64,000 bases of DNA from Bacteroidales bacterium (GTDB lineage: Bacteria; Bacteroidota; Bacteroidia; Bacteroidales; GCA-2711565). Positions 1 through 10,100 of this stretch are shown piece by piece. The notes under the pieces were generated by a model. That model was given only the letters and a program-made list of their open reading frames with translations. It was not told the DNA's origin and did no database searches. The position numbers and the translations under genes were made by a program. The stretch lies in contig JANQLW010000032.1 of assembly GCA_028280405.1 (NCBI GenBank), positions 9,816 to 73,815 on the forward strand, in the 5' to 3' direction. Position 1 is the stretch's first letter. The number at the start of each line of letters is the position of its first letter.

Positions 1-2
1 TT

Positions 3-500
3 TTTAAGTTAATAGAAATCTATAATAAATATCCCTTAAAGGAGCTGATTGTCCATCCCCGTATAGGGAAGCAACTATATAGCGGAAGTGTTTATTACGA
101 TTATTTTGAGGAGGTCTTAAAACTATCTAAAAACCCTATGGTTTATAATGGTGACATAAAAACCAGAGAAGATTTTCTGAAAATCCGTGAAAGATTTCCA
201 AAAGTAAAAAAGATCATGATAGGTAGAGGAGTCTTAAAGGATCCATTCCTACCGGAAAAAATAAAAGGTATTTATACTGAAACCATTCCGGATTTTTATA
301 GATTCAAAGCTTTTCATGATGAACTGTCCTCTACACTTCAACCTATATTTAGGGAAGAAGATGAATTTGTGGGCAAGATGAAAGAGTACTGGCGCTCATT
401 TGCTTATTTGTTTGAAGATCGAAACGCAACCTTTAAGTATGTTGCAAGAAGCAAGAACCAGAAAGAGTTTGAAAGCAGAGTTGAAGAAGTATTAACCTAA
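3..500 (+). CDS. tRNA-dihydrouridine synthase family protein, C-terminal part (5' end lies outside the window)
   Basis: The frame is open from base 3. The motifs LIVHPRIGKQLYSG and MIGRGVLKDPFLPEKIKG look like the C-terminal half of Dus enzymes. TAA stop at 498-500. Confidence 0.6.
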   Translation, partial: FKLIEIYNKYPLKELIVHPRIGKQLYSGSVYYDYFEEVLKLSKNPMVYNGDIKTREDFLKIRERFPKVKKIMIGRGVLKDPFLPEKIKGIYTETIPDFYRFKAFHDELSSTLQPIFREEDEFVGKMKEYWRSFAYLFEDRNATFKYVARSKNQKEFESRVEEVLT

Positions 501-513
501 TCATAAGATGACC

Positions 514-1296
514 TTAATCTACTTTCCTTTTTATTTCATTCAGTTCATTTTGCATTTTATGAACCATACTTGTTAACTTTCCTAAGTTCATTTCTTCAAC
601 TTCAGGAAGTGAGAAGCAAATATATCCTAACGCTTTCCATACTTCACAGATCATTCCTGTTTCTATAGTGTAAGGATCATAATCAGGATTGTCCGATTTT
701 AAAAGAAGGGTGTCATTATCGTTTGTATATATTCGTTTATAAACAATACCGTCATCTTTTGTAATGATCATATAAGGTTTCCCATTTTTCAGGTCCTTCC
801 AGTTTTGAAGGTACTCACATATAATATAAGCATTTGGAGGTAAGGGTTCCATACTATTTCCTTCTATTTGAAATGCCCTGTAGGTTCTTTCATTCGAAAG
901 TTCCGGAAACGGGAGGTTGAATTTTGGTAGTTCTTCTATAAAGTCAGGATCAGCATAGCCACTTGTATAACCTGCGGCAGCTTTCACCGGAACTAATGTA
1001 ATTAGTTCTTTATTATCACGATCCACCAAAGTGGTCAAAATACGTAAGCCTTTCCCTGTTTTGTCAACTGCAGATTCTTCTTTTTTAACACTTAAATCTA
1101 AATTAACCATGTCATCAATGCTCACATTGAAATAATGTGAAAGAGTACTCAAGGCAGAAATTTTCGGAGTGGCTCTTCCTTCTTCATAGGAACCGATCAT
1201 AGCCCGGTTTACACCGATTTTGTTTGCAAGCTGATCTTGTGTCAGATTACGTGACTTTCGTAAGTATTTAATATTTGAACCTAAAAAGTTATTCAT
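514..1296 (-). CDS. XRE-type HTH / S24 (LexA-like) self-cleaving repressor
   Basis: N-terminal HTH (LRKSRNLTQDQLANKIGVNRAMIGSYEEG). Ala-Gly cleavage site (VKAAAGYT), Ser nucleophile (GNSMEP) and downstream Lys (VYKRIY). Confidence 0.8.
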   Translation of the reverse strand: MNNFLGSNIKYLRKSRNLTQDQLANKIGVNRAMIGSYEEGRATPKISALSTLSHYFNVSIDDMVNLDLSVKKEESAVDKTGKGLRILTTLVDRDNKELITLVPVKAAAGYTSGYADPDFIEELPKFNLPFPELSNERTYRAFQIEGNSMEPLPPNAYIICEYLQNWKDLKNGKPYMIITKDDGIVYKRIYTNDNDTLLLKSDNPDYDPYTIETGMICEVWKALGYICFSLPEVEEMNLGKLTSMVHKMQNELNEIKRKVD

Positions 1297-1315
1297 AAAT
1301 TTTGTTAGCTAAAAA

Positions 1316-1377
1316 TATTAGTATACTAAAAGTATTAGTATATTTGATTGTAAAATTAAACAAAAATTAGTAGTATT
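1316..1377. promoter_or_regulatory. Candidate operator repeats and a Bacteroidota -7 box in the divergent intergenic region
   Basis: TATTAGTATAC at 1316-1326 contains the palindrome TAGTATACTA. Related copies are TATTAGTATAT at 1333-1343 and ATTAGTAGTATT at 1366-1377. TATATTTG at 1339-1346 matches the TAnnTTTG -7 consensus and overlaps copy 2. Confidence 0.3.
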
Positions 1378-1400
1378 CCAAACTGTTGAAAATTGTATTG

Positions 1401-2684
1401 ATGAATGATAAAATATTGAAAAAGCTGGAAATTCTTACTAATTCGGCCAAGTATGATGTTTCCTGTGCATCAAGTGGTACGAACCGAAGTAATTCAGGTA
1501 AAGGCATAGGCAATGCCGCTGCCTGGGGAATTTGCCATAGCTTTACCGATGACGGGCGTTGTGTGTCTCTTTTAAAAATAATGCTCAGCAATCATTGTAT
1601 ATATGATTGTGCTTATTGTATTAATCGTAGAAGTAATGATGTTGAGCGGACAAGCCTTTCGGTTAAAGAACTTACGGAGCTTACCATCGGATTCTACAGG
1701 AGAAATTATATTGAAGGATTATTTCTAAGTTCAGGAGTAATAAAAAATCCGGATTATACGATGATACGTATGGTCTGTGTCGCAAAAGAATTGCGGACGC
1801 TGCATCGTTTCAATGGTTATATTCATTTAAAAAGCATTCCGGGAGCAAGCATGGAACTGATCCGGGAAGCAGGCCTGTATGCAGACCGGCTTAGCGTGAA
1901 TATGGAAATCCCAACGGAAACAAATTTAAAATTGCTGGCACCGGAGAAGAGTTATGCGGATATTCTGGCTCCCATGCGATCCATTCGAACAGGAATATTA
2001 ACTAGTAAAGAAGATCGAAAGAAATTTCGTTCGGCTCCAAAATTTGTTCCAGCCGGACAAAGTACTCAGCTTATCATAGGAGCTAGTTCGGATAGCGATC
2101 AACAAATTCTTAATCTTGCTTCATCTTTATACAAACAACAGGAATTGAAGCGTGTCTATTATTCCGGGTATATTCCTGTAAATACAGGAGATAAAAGACT
2201 TCCGGCTTTGACGAATCCTCCTTTAGTAAGGGAAAATCGGCTTTACCAGTCGGATTGGTTATTACGTTTTTATGGTTTTGGAGTGGATGAAATTGTAAGT
2301 GAAAAGCATCCCGACCTCGATTTGGAACTTGATCCGAAATTGAGTTATGCCCTTCGCAATCCGCATTTATTTCCCATTGATATCAATAAAGCCGATTATG
2401 AGTGGATCTTAAGAGTTCCCGGTATTGGCTTGAAATCTGCCAGGCTCATCATCATGTCCAGAAGATATGGCCGGCTTAACAGCAGGCAACTGCAAAAGAT
2501 GGGAGTGGTTATGAAACGGGCCCGTTACTTCATCACATGCAATGAACTTTCTTCTCTAACGGTGAATGAAATGAAACCGGAATACTCACGTCAACTGTTT
2601 GTCAAAAAAATTCTTTCAAAGAAATCTAAACTTCCTGGACAGTTAAGCTTGTTTGATCATGAAAGAGTAAAAATGTTAAGATAA
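1401..2684 (+). CDS. Putative DNA modification/repair radical SAM protein (TIGR03916-like)
   Basis: CIYDCAYC is a CX3CX2C radical SAM cluster motif. The N-terminus AKYDVSCASSG and a C-terminal helix-hairpin-helix-like segment (ILRVPGIGLKSARLI) fit the family. I prefer the ATG at 1401 over the TTG at 1386. Confidence 0.8.
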   Translation: MNDKILKKLEILTNSAKYDVSCASSGTNRSNSGKGIGNAAAWGICHSFTDDGRCVSLLKIMLSNHCIYDCAYCINRRSNDVERTSLSVKELTELTIGFYRRNYIEGLFLSSGVIKNPDYTMIRMVCVAKELRTLHRFNGYIHLKSIPGASMELIREAGLYADRLSVNMEIPTETNLKLLAPEKSYADILAPMRSIRTGILTSKEDRKKFRSAPKFVPAGQSTQLIIGASSDSDQQILNLASSLYKQQELKRVYYSGYIPVNTGDKRLPALTNPPLVRENRLYQSDWLLRFYGFGVDEIVSEKHPDLDLELDPKLSYALRNPHLFPIDINKADYEWILRVPGIGLKSARLIIMSRRYGRLNSRQLQKMGVVMKRARYFITCNELSSLTVNEMKPEYSRQLFVKKILSKKSKLPGQLSLFDHERVKMLR

Positions 2685-3466
2685 TGAAGACCGGAAATTC
2701 AAATACATGGATATACGATAAAACCTTTGAAGGGCTTCTAAGCCTGGTCTTTGATTGTTATGAGATAAAACAGTTTCCATCTAAAATTTTAGGGAAAACA
2801 GAGCTTCAAACTTCAATGTTTACTGCCGACTATGAAGTGATCAGTGATGAAATAAAAGCAAAAAGGGTATGGAAAGGCCTGAACAAGAAAATCTCAAAGC
2901 TTAGCTGTGAGATGATATATCATGTATTTCTTTCGGAAATGGAAGATATAGAAATTCTATTGTTGAACTATATAAGAAAGATATTTGATTCGCCTGAAAA
3001 TATTGAATATAATTTTAGGAATGAATCTGTTTTGAAAATGCTTAAAATCAATAAAAAGGTGAAGCGTGAGGCACAACGGATAATCATGTTTGTCCGCTTT
3101 CAAAAAACTGCGGATGACATTTACTATGCCTCATTTGAGCCAAAATATAATGTACTTCCTTTAACAACAAAACATTTTAAAGACCGTTTTGCCGATCAAA
3201 AATGGATCATTTACGATATGAAGCGTAATTATGGTTTTTATTATGATTTGGAAAATATGTCGGAAGTTACATTTACAGAAAGTTTGGTAGATACTTCCAG
3301 CGGACAAATAGATAAAAGTATCATGGCTCAGAGTGAAGAATTTTTCCGGGAACTCTGGAAAACCTATTTTGATTCGGCTTGTATTAAAGAAAGAATCAAT
3401 CCGAGATTACATATGCAGTTTATGCCGAAACGTTTTTGGAAGCATCTTACGGAGAAACAGAGGTAA
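2684..3466 (+). CDS. DUF4130 / TIGR03915-like putative DNA metabolism protein, partner of the radical SAM protein
   Basis: Its start overlaps the upstream stop by 1 nt (TAATG), which suggests translational coupling. Size and conserved pairing with the TIGR03916-type gene are recalled, not searched. Confidence 0.6.
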   Translation: MKTGNSNTWIYDKTFEGLLSLVFDCYEIKQFPSKILGKTELQTSMFTADYEVISDEIKAKRVWKGLNKKISKLSCEMIYHVFLSEMEDIEILLLNYIRKIFDSPENIEYNFRNESVLKMLKINKKVKREAQRIIMFVRFQKTADDIYYASFEPKYNVLPLTTKHFKDRFADQKWIIYDMKRNYGFYYDLENMSEVTFTESLVDTSSGQIDKSIMAQSEEFFRELWKTYFDSACIKERINPRLHMQFMPKRFWKHLTEKQR

Positions 3467-3546
3467 TTTTGAAGTCAACCTGTCAGGTTGAAATCAGTTT
3501 TTTATTTAGCTATCTTTAAGAAACCTAATAAATTAACCTTTTACCT

Positions 3547-4125
3547 ATGAAAAAGCATTATATCAAAATTTTAGCTGTATTACTTTTTATTGGCAGTTTA
3601 ATGAATGGGTTTGCTCAACACGAAGAAAATGAGCTCAAAGAGCGAAAGAAACAGGAAAGAATAGAACAACAAAGAGGTGAACGGGAAAAGGAAATTATAA
3701 ATGTTGTAGACCTTATCAATAAATCATTAAGTCTAAAAATTGATCCCATTACCATTAAAAATTTAAAGCCACGGTGGTATTGTCCGTATGTAGTCAATAA
3801 TCAAATGACGAGGACAGAAGTTTGTATTAGTAATTTTAGCATTAAACCTGTTACGATCAGGTTTATTATTTGGGATGAGACCGGAAAGATGGAATCTACC
3901 TTTGACCACATTATTGAAGGCAAAGCACAGCTTTGGTTTATATTAAGTTTTCTGGATCGGCAACATTTTCATTTCAAAGGATCTATGGAGTTACAGGCAG
4001 ATTCTCCAGCAGTTTTCCCTACATCACTTTTTTTTGAAGATAAGATAATATTTAGGTTTAATGATATACTTGAACCTAAGGCGTTTCGCCATTCTTTGAC
4101 CTTGGATTGGTATCGGGTGGATTAA
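3547..4125 (+). CDS. Hypothetical secreted protein
   Basis: Signal peptide MKKHYIKILAVLLFIGSLMNGFAQ, followed by a charged coiled-coil-like stretch. I recognise no family. Confidence 0.45.
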   Translation: MKKHYIKILAVLLFIGSLMNGFAQHEENELKERKKQERIEQQRGEREKEIINVVDLINKSLSLKIDPITIKNLKPRWYCPYVVNNQMTRTEVCISNFSIKPVTIRFIIWDETGKMESTFDHIIEGKAQLWFILSFLDRQHFHFKGSMELQADSPAVFPTSLFFEDKIIFRFNDILEPKAFRHSLTLDWYRVD

Positions 4126-4132
4126 AATTTAA

Positions 4133-4240
4133 TTTAGGAATAAGGATTAACGATTTTTGATTTGCGAACTTCTGAATTCTGCAATCGTTAATCCTTGTTC
4201 CTAAATCAAAAAAACCTGCCACTTCTAAAGATGCCAGGTT
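4133..4240. terminator. Bidirectional terminator region between convergent genes
   Basis: A 23-bp inverted repeat with one mismatch pairs 4133-4155 with 4183-4205. A second hairpin pairs AACCTG at 4213-4218 with CAGGTT at 4235-4240 and is flanked by an A-run and a T-run. Confidence 0.5.
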
Positions 4241-4294
4241 TATGTATATACCATTTAGATTTTAAGACCTCGATTTATATCAGAGAAGTTTTCC

Positions 4295-4792
4295 TTAATT
4301 ATTCGTATTGGAAGTGGAAACCACATCATTGGGATTGCCTTTCTCTATAGAACCATTGCAAACATGAAATACTGTATTCTCTAGATCCAGGTCATCCCCC
4401 ATAAATTTCTTCAAGTCTATGATCAATGTTTCCTCAAATGTTTTACCATCATTCTTGCAATTCTCTGCTGACCGCTTTACAAATAAGGTCGTTTGCATGG
4501 GCCAACTTTCCATAATGGCACCACTCCAGATAACTTCAAATTTATTGTTATCACAACTTCCTTCATAAGAAAGCTTAATCTCTAATTTATTATCCGTTCT
4601 GTTGACAGATACAATTTTAAATGCTTTGCTATACTCAGCTGATCTGTTATTCTCAGCTTCGGAAAATAAATTGGCACTTTTATAAAAAGTATAATTGGCT
4701 TCCTGATAACCAACATCATTCTGTATATCATCTTTACTGCAACTGATCAATACAATAAGCAAGATGGGGAGCAATACTTTTAATATCTTCAT
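4295..4792 (-). CDS. Hypothetical lipoprotein
   Basis: Lipobox LISCSKDD follows the signal peptide. I recognise no family. Confidence 0.5.
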   Translation of the reverse strand: MKILKVLLPILLIVLISCSKDDIQNDVGYQEANYTFYKSANLFSEAENNRSAEYSKAFKIVSVNRTDNKLEIKLSYEGSCDNNKFEVIWSGAIMESWPMQTTLFVKRSAENCKNDGKTFEETLIIDLKKFMGDDLDLENTVFHVCNGSIEKGNPNDVVSTSNTNN

Positions 4793-5006
4793 AATTCTAC
4801 TGTTTAATAAATGATACTCTAAATAGACTCAATCTTTAAACTATAGATGCATATAAGCTGATGAAAGTTGCGTAGGAAAAAATCACTTCAAATACCAATC
4901 GGTACCGTGCATTTCGTATTGCATTTTAGTCCATCTATCAAATTATAGTATATTAGCACAATTAAATGTGAACAACCGGTATAATTCTTTATAGCCTTAT
5001 TATTTT

Positions 5007-5561
5007 ATGAAATTAAGCGATTCACAAATTCTTGAAAAACTTAAGCAAGGCGACCCTTCGGCATATAAGCAGCTATTCGATCGCTATTATATGCCATTAA
5101 GTGTTTACGCGTTAAAATACTGTAACTCCTTTCAATTAGCAGAAGATATCGTTCAGGAATTTTTCATAAAACTATGGGATGAAAAGCTATACCTTAAGTT
5201 GAAAGGCCCAATAACTTCATATCTGTTTAGGGCAATAAGGAATAATACCTTAACGGCGGTAAAAAAGAATTCAAAATACCATTTTGAGGACATCGAAGAT
5301 CAAGTCAATAAACTATTAAATGACGATGTTGATATTGAAATGATCGAACAGGAAAAGAAAAAACTATATAAAGAAATGGAAGCCTTGCCACCAAAAATGA
5401 AGGAAGTCTTCAAAGCAATCGTGCTTGATAATCTTAAATACAAAGAGGCCGCTGAACGGTTTGGCATATCCTTAAACACTGTAAAAACACATTATTCCAG
5501 GGCCTTAAAGCAGCTTCGTAATTCACTGGATATTATCATAATGTACCTTTGCATACATTAA
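5007..5561 (+). CDS. ECF (sigma-70 family) RNA polymerase sigma factor
   Basis: Region 2 DIVQEFFIKLW. Region 4 LKYKEAAERFGISLNTVKTHYSRALKQLR. Confidence 0.85.
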   Translation: MKLSDSQILEKLKQGDPSAYKQLFDRYYMPLSVYALKYCNSFQLAEDIVQEFFIKLWDEKLYLKLKGPITSYLFRAIRNNTLTAVKKNSKYHFEDIEDQVNKLLNDDVDIEMIEQEKKKLYKEMEALPPKMKEVFKAIVLDNLKYKEAAERFGISLNTVKTHYSRALKQLRNSLDIIIMYLCIH

Positions 5562-5767
5562 TTTACTCACAATTTTCGCGGTATTAATGATATTACTCGC
5601 AAAACACGCAAAAAGCGCAGAGCCTTTGCGGACTTTGCGTAAAAAACCTTAGCGCCCTTTGCGTGGAAGATATTTTCATACTATTACACTGGTTTAAAAA
5701 AAAAGTTTAATTTTCTTGTCACCCATTTTTGGTCTTTTGATATATGTATAATACACAAGATCGTTAA

Positions 5768-7015
5768 ATGAGCAGGAACAACACCCATATCGATAAACTT
5801 TTTAGCGCCTATACGGCGCAGGAAATGACTGAAGAGCAATTCAAAACGCTTCGGGAATGGATCAATCAAAGCCCAGAAAACAAACAACAATTTTCAGACT
5901 ATCTGTTATTTTATAAAAAAGCAAGTAGAATAGGATTGGTACAAACGCTTGATAAAAGCAAAGCATGGAATCGTATCATTGCGCAATTAAAGCAGCCACT
6001 CGTGCAATCTGTGAAAAAGAAAAAACCACTAAGAAAACTATATTGGAAATATGCCGCCGCCGCTTCAATCGTCTTAATGGTAGCGCTGACTATATTTTTG
6101 AATAATAGAGAGGATATCCCTCAATTTGAAGAAGCTATTATTATTAATAACCAAATAAAAACCGGTACTGACAAAGCAACCTTAACCCTTGCTGATGGTT
6201 CTAATATCACTTTAGAAAAAGGCCGGGTGTATCAATCAGCGAACGTGAGTAGTAACGGTGAGGAAATTATATATCTGCCCGTGCGGCAGACAGACCTGTC
6301 TGCTGAACAGAAAGACTTGCCTGCCGGACAGGCAGATCAAAAAATAGCAGGCAGGGATACTTCTTACAACTACCTCACCATCCCAAGAGGCGGACAATTC
6401 CTACTAACACTATCTGACGGCAGCCGTGTATGGCTCAACTCTGAAAGCCACTTAAAATATCCCGTAACTTTTACTGAAGGCCAACCCAGGCAAGTAGAAT
6501 TGATTTATGGGGAAGCTTATTTCGACGTATCTCCGGCCACCCAGCACAAGGGTTCGGCATTTAAAGTAATCAATAATGCCCAGGAAGTCCGGGTATTAGG
6601 AACGAAATTTAACATCAAAGCCTATAAAGACGAAACGAACATATATACCACGCTCGTAGAAGGGAAAGTCGCTGTCAATGCATCAGGTTACAAGCAAACA
6701 CTAAGCCCGGGGCAACAGTCAATTTTAGACAGGGAAACCTTAACATTGGCCGTTGCTGTGGTAAATCCGGAAAATGAAACATCCTGGCGGACAGGTATAT
6801 TTAACTTTAAAAGATTGCCGTTAAAAGACATCATGAAGGTATTATCCCGTTGGTACGACATGGAAGTCATATTTGAAAATAAAGCACTCGAATCCCAACG
6901 TTTTATAGGGGCAATAAGCAAACAGCAAAGCATAGAGGAAATTTTAACAGCTATTCGAAATACCGATATTATTAATACATATGAGATCAATAATAAAACA
7001 GTCATTATTAAATAG
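5768..7015 (+). CDS. FecR family anti-sigma factor
   Basis: A central TM segment (AAAASIVLMVALTIFL) precedes the FecR core IPRGGQFLLTLSDGSRVWLNSESHLKYP. The C-terminal part is DUF4974-like. Confidence 0.85.
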   Translation: MSRNNTHIDKLFSAYTAQEMTEEQFKTLREWINQSPENKQQFSDYLLFYKKASRIGLVQTLDKSKAWNRIIAQLKQPLVQSVKKKKPLRKLYWKYAAAASIVLMVALTIFLNNREDIPQFEEAIIINNQIKTGTDKATLTLADGSNITLEKGRVYQSANVSSNGEEIIYLPVRQTDLSAEQKDLPAGQADQKIAGRDTSYNYLTIPRGGQFLLTLSDGSRVWLNSESHLKYPVTFTEGQPRQVELIYGEAYFDVSPATQHKGSAFKVINNAQEVRVLGTKFNIKAYKDETNIYTTLVEGKVAVNASGYKQTLSPGQQSILDRETLTLAVAVVNPENETSWRTGIFNFKRLPLKDIMKVLSRWYDMEVIFENKALESQRFIGAISKQQSIEEILTAIRNTDIINTYEINNKTVIIK

Positions 7016-7178
7016 AAATAAATAACCGAAGTATAACTAAAATCAGAAAATATGGTAAAATAACTACAGTAGAATAAACAAAAGAGGAACGTAACTTTCC
7101 ACCTGAACAGTAAAAGAATACATTCCCCTTAAAGTCGTATTAATTAATTTATGTAACTAACTAATAACACACAAATTT

Positions 7179-10100
7179 ATGGAAATAAAATTAACCAACC
7201 GTTTTTTTTATCTTAGAAAATGGTTCTTAACAATAAATAGTATGAGAACGCTTATTTTCTTGCTTTGCACAGCGCTTTTTAGCGTTACTCCAACCTGCGT
7301 TTTTTCACAAGAAAAAGATGCAGAAGATACAAAAATTGTGATCGATGCTGATAAAACCGTTAGTGTGGATGATGTATTCGATATCATCAAGGCACAAACC
7401 GATTATACTTTTATTTATCACGAAGACTTATTTAAAGATTTTCCGAAAGTGCAGCTTAAAAAGGGAGTCATTTCAATGGATAAACTCCTAAGTAATTGTC
7501 TATCAGGTGTATATCTTAGATTCTCCATCAAAGAAAATAATACCATAGTCATTAGAAAAAAGCCCAAAAAGGAGAAAACACCAGAACAAGAGATTTCCGG
7601 AAAAGTCACTGACTCTGAAGGAAAAGCATTGCCTAATGCTACCGTAATGATAAAAGGAACTTTTAAGGGAATAACCACTAATATTGACGGAGAATATTCT
7701 ATTACAGTTCCTGATTCAAAAACGGTATTGGTATTTTCTTATATAGGTTTTGCCAAACAGGAAATTCTAGTAGGTAACAAGACCACTATTAATGTAACCC
7801 TTGAGCAGTCTGCAACAGAACTGGAAGAAGTTGCTATTAATGCCGGCTATTATACCGTAAAGCCAAGAGAGGCCACCGGGAGTATTTCCAAAGTCAGTGC
7901 CAAAGAAATTGAACAACAACCGGTAACAGACGCTTTACAAGCAATTAAAGGCAGAATGCCGGGGGTGCAAATCGAACAAACTTCAGGAATACCCGGTAGT
8001 GAAATTAGAATTAGAATACGTGGGTTAAATAGTCTAAACGACGGTAATGATGGCCGCCCTAACGCCAACAGACCATTTTTTATTATAGATGGAGTACCTA
8101 TACCATCAACAGCAGGTGACGGATTTTCTCTTTTTAATAACGGAAGTCCATTAACATTTTTAAAGCCTTCCGATATTGAGAGCATTGAAATATTAAAAGA
8201 TGCAGATGCGACCGCTATTTATGGATCGCGCGGGGCTAATGGCGTAGTTTTAATTACGACAAAAAAAGGGGAAATAGGCAAAACCAAGGTAAATTTTGAA
8301 TATTCACATGGTTTTTCAGATATACCTGAAAGACTGGATGTGTTAACAACAGAGCCATACCTGGAAATTAGAAATGAGTATTATGATAACGGAAGTTTTA
8401 TCCAGCCAACAGAAACTAATGCACCCGATTTATTACTTTGGGATCAAAACCGCTATACCGATTGGCAAGAAGTGTTTTTCGGTACTGCAGAGCAAACAAA
8501 TGCCAATGTATCCTTATCCGGAGGAACAGAGGCAACACGCTTTTTATTTAGTAGCAGTTATTTCAAACAGAACAATGTTTTAAACTTTGATGATTCTTCC
8601 TTTGAAAATATTTCAGGAGCACTAAATGTTATTCATCGTTCAAAGGACCAACGCTTCAGGGCGAATATAACGGTAAGATATAGTTCGGTTAATAATAATC
8701 AAAGAGGAGGTGTTTCTTTAACTGATATTCTAAATTTGGCTCCCAACGCACCTGCTTTATTTGATGAAAATGGTAATATTAACTGGGAAAATGAAAGTTT
8801 TACCAATAATCCTTTGGGTCGATTTGCACAAATGGTTGAAGTTAGATCTCATAAGTTAATTGTCAATGCCAATCTTGCTTATACGATTGCGAAAAATTTA
8901 AATTTTGAACTGACTACAGGTTATACATTAGATAGAGAGGATCAAGCCTGGTTAAACCCTTTAAGTTCACGTTCACCCGGAAATCAAGGAAGTGGTGGTA
9001 ACGTAAATTATCTCGATAAAAAAGGCAAGACATGGATTATAGAACCACAATTAAAATATAATACCATGCTGGGCAAAGGTAAATTAAGCGCGCTTTTGGC
9101 TACCTCACTTCAAAGCTCTTCATCAGAGCAGGAGCGTCTGTTCGCCTTTGGTTATGTCTCCGATATTTTTATTAGAGATATTGCTTCAGCTTCCGGCCTA
9201 ACAAGCTCTAATGCATCTTCAGACTATAAATACAACGCTATATTTGCACGTTTAAATTATAATTACAGCGGCAAATATATTTTAAACCTTACAGGACGTC
9301 GCGATGGTTCTTCTCGTTTTGGCCCTGGTAAGCAATGGGGTAATTTTGGTGCAATTGGTGCAGCCTGGATATTTTCAGAAGAAAGCTTTTTTAAGAATAT
9401 GAAATCTTTTTTTAATCATGCAAAACTTCGTACCAGCTATGGTATTACCGGTAATGACCAAATTGGGGATTATGGGTTCCTGGAAACCTATGCTTCCTTA
9501 CGTGAAGGTGTATATAATGAAGATGCCGGTGTTATTATCACCAGGGCGGCCAACCCCAACTATTCCTGGGAAGAAAATAAAAAATTCGATTTAAGCTTGG
9601 ACCTCGGGATGTTTAATAATAGAATAGAATTGAGTTTAACATGGTATCAAAACAGATCAGGCAATCAATTAATCCAGAGGCCATTGGCCACCACAACCGG
9701 TTTTACTCAATTACAGTTTAATTTACCGGCATTAATTGAGAATAAAGGATTGGAATTCGAAATAAGCACCATCAATATTAGATCTAATAGTTTTACCTGG
9801 ACCACAAGTTTTAATATTACACGTGAACGAAATAAATTGTTAAAATTTGATAATATAGAGAATTTTTCTTCTTTTAACAACCGCTATGTAGTCGGTAAAA
9901 GCTTTCAGGGGCAAAAAAGCTATAAATCCCTGGGTTTAGATCCAAATACCGGCCAGTATATAATTGTTGATTTTAATAATGACGGTGTCATATCTGCTTA
10001 TTCACCGGAGGACAAGCAAGATTTTGTAGATACTCAAAGAGATTTTTATGGTGGTTTGAGCAATAGTTTGTCGTATAAAGGTTTTCAATTGGACTTCTTT

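Noticed and set aside
5596-5670. Clustered CGCAAAG/CTTTGCG motifs, also present at 21124-21165.
   Set aside because: This appears to be another short dispersed intergenic repeat family. With only two loci in the window, I cannot say more.
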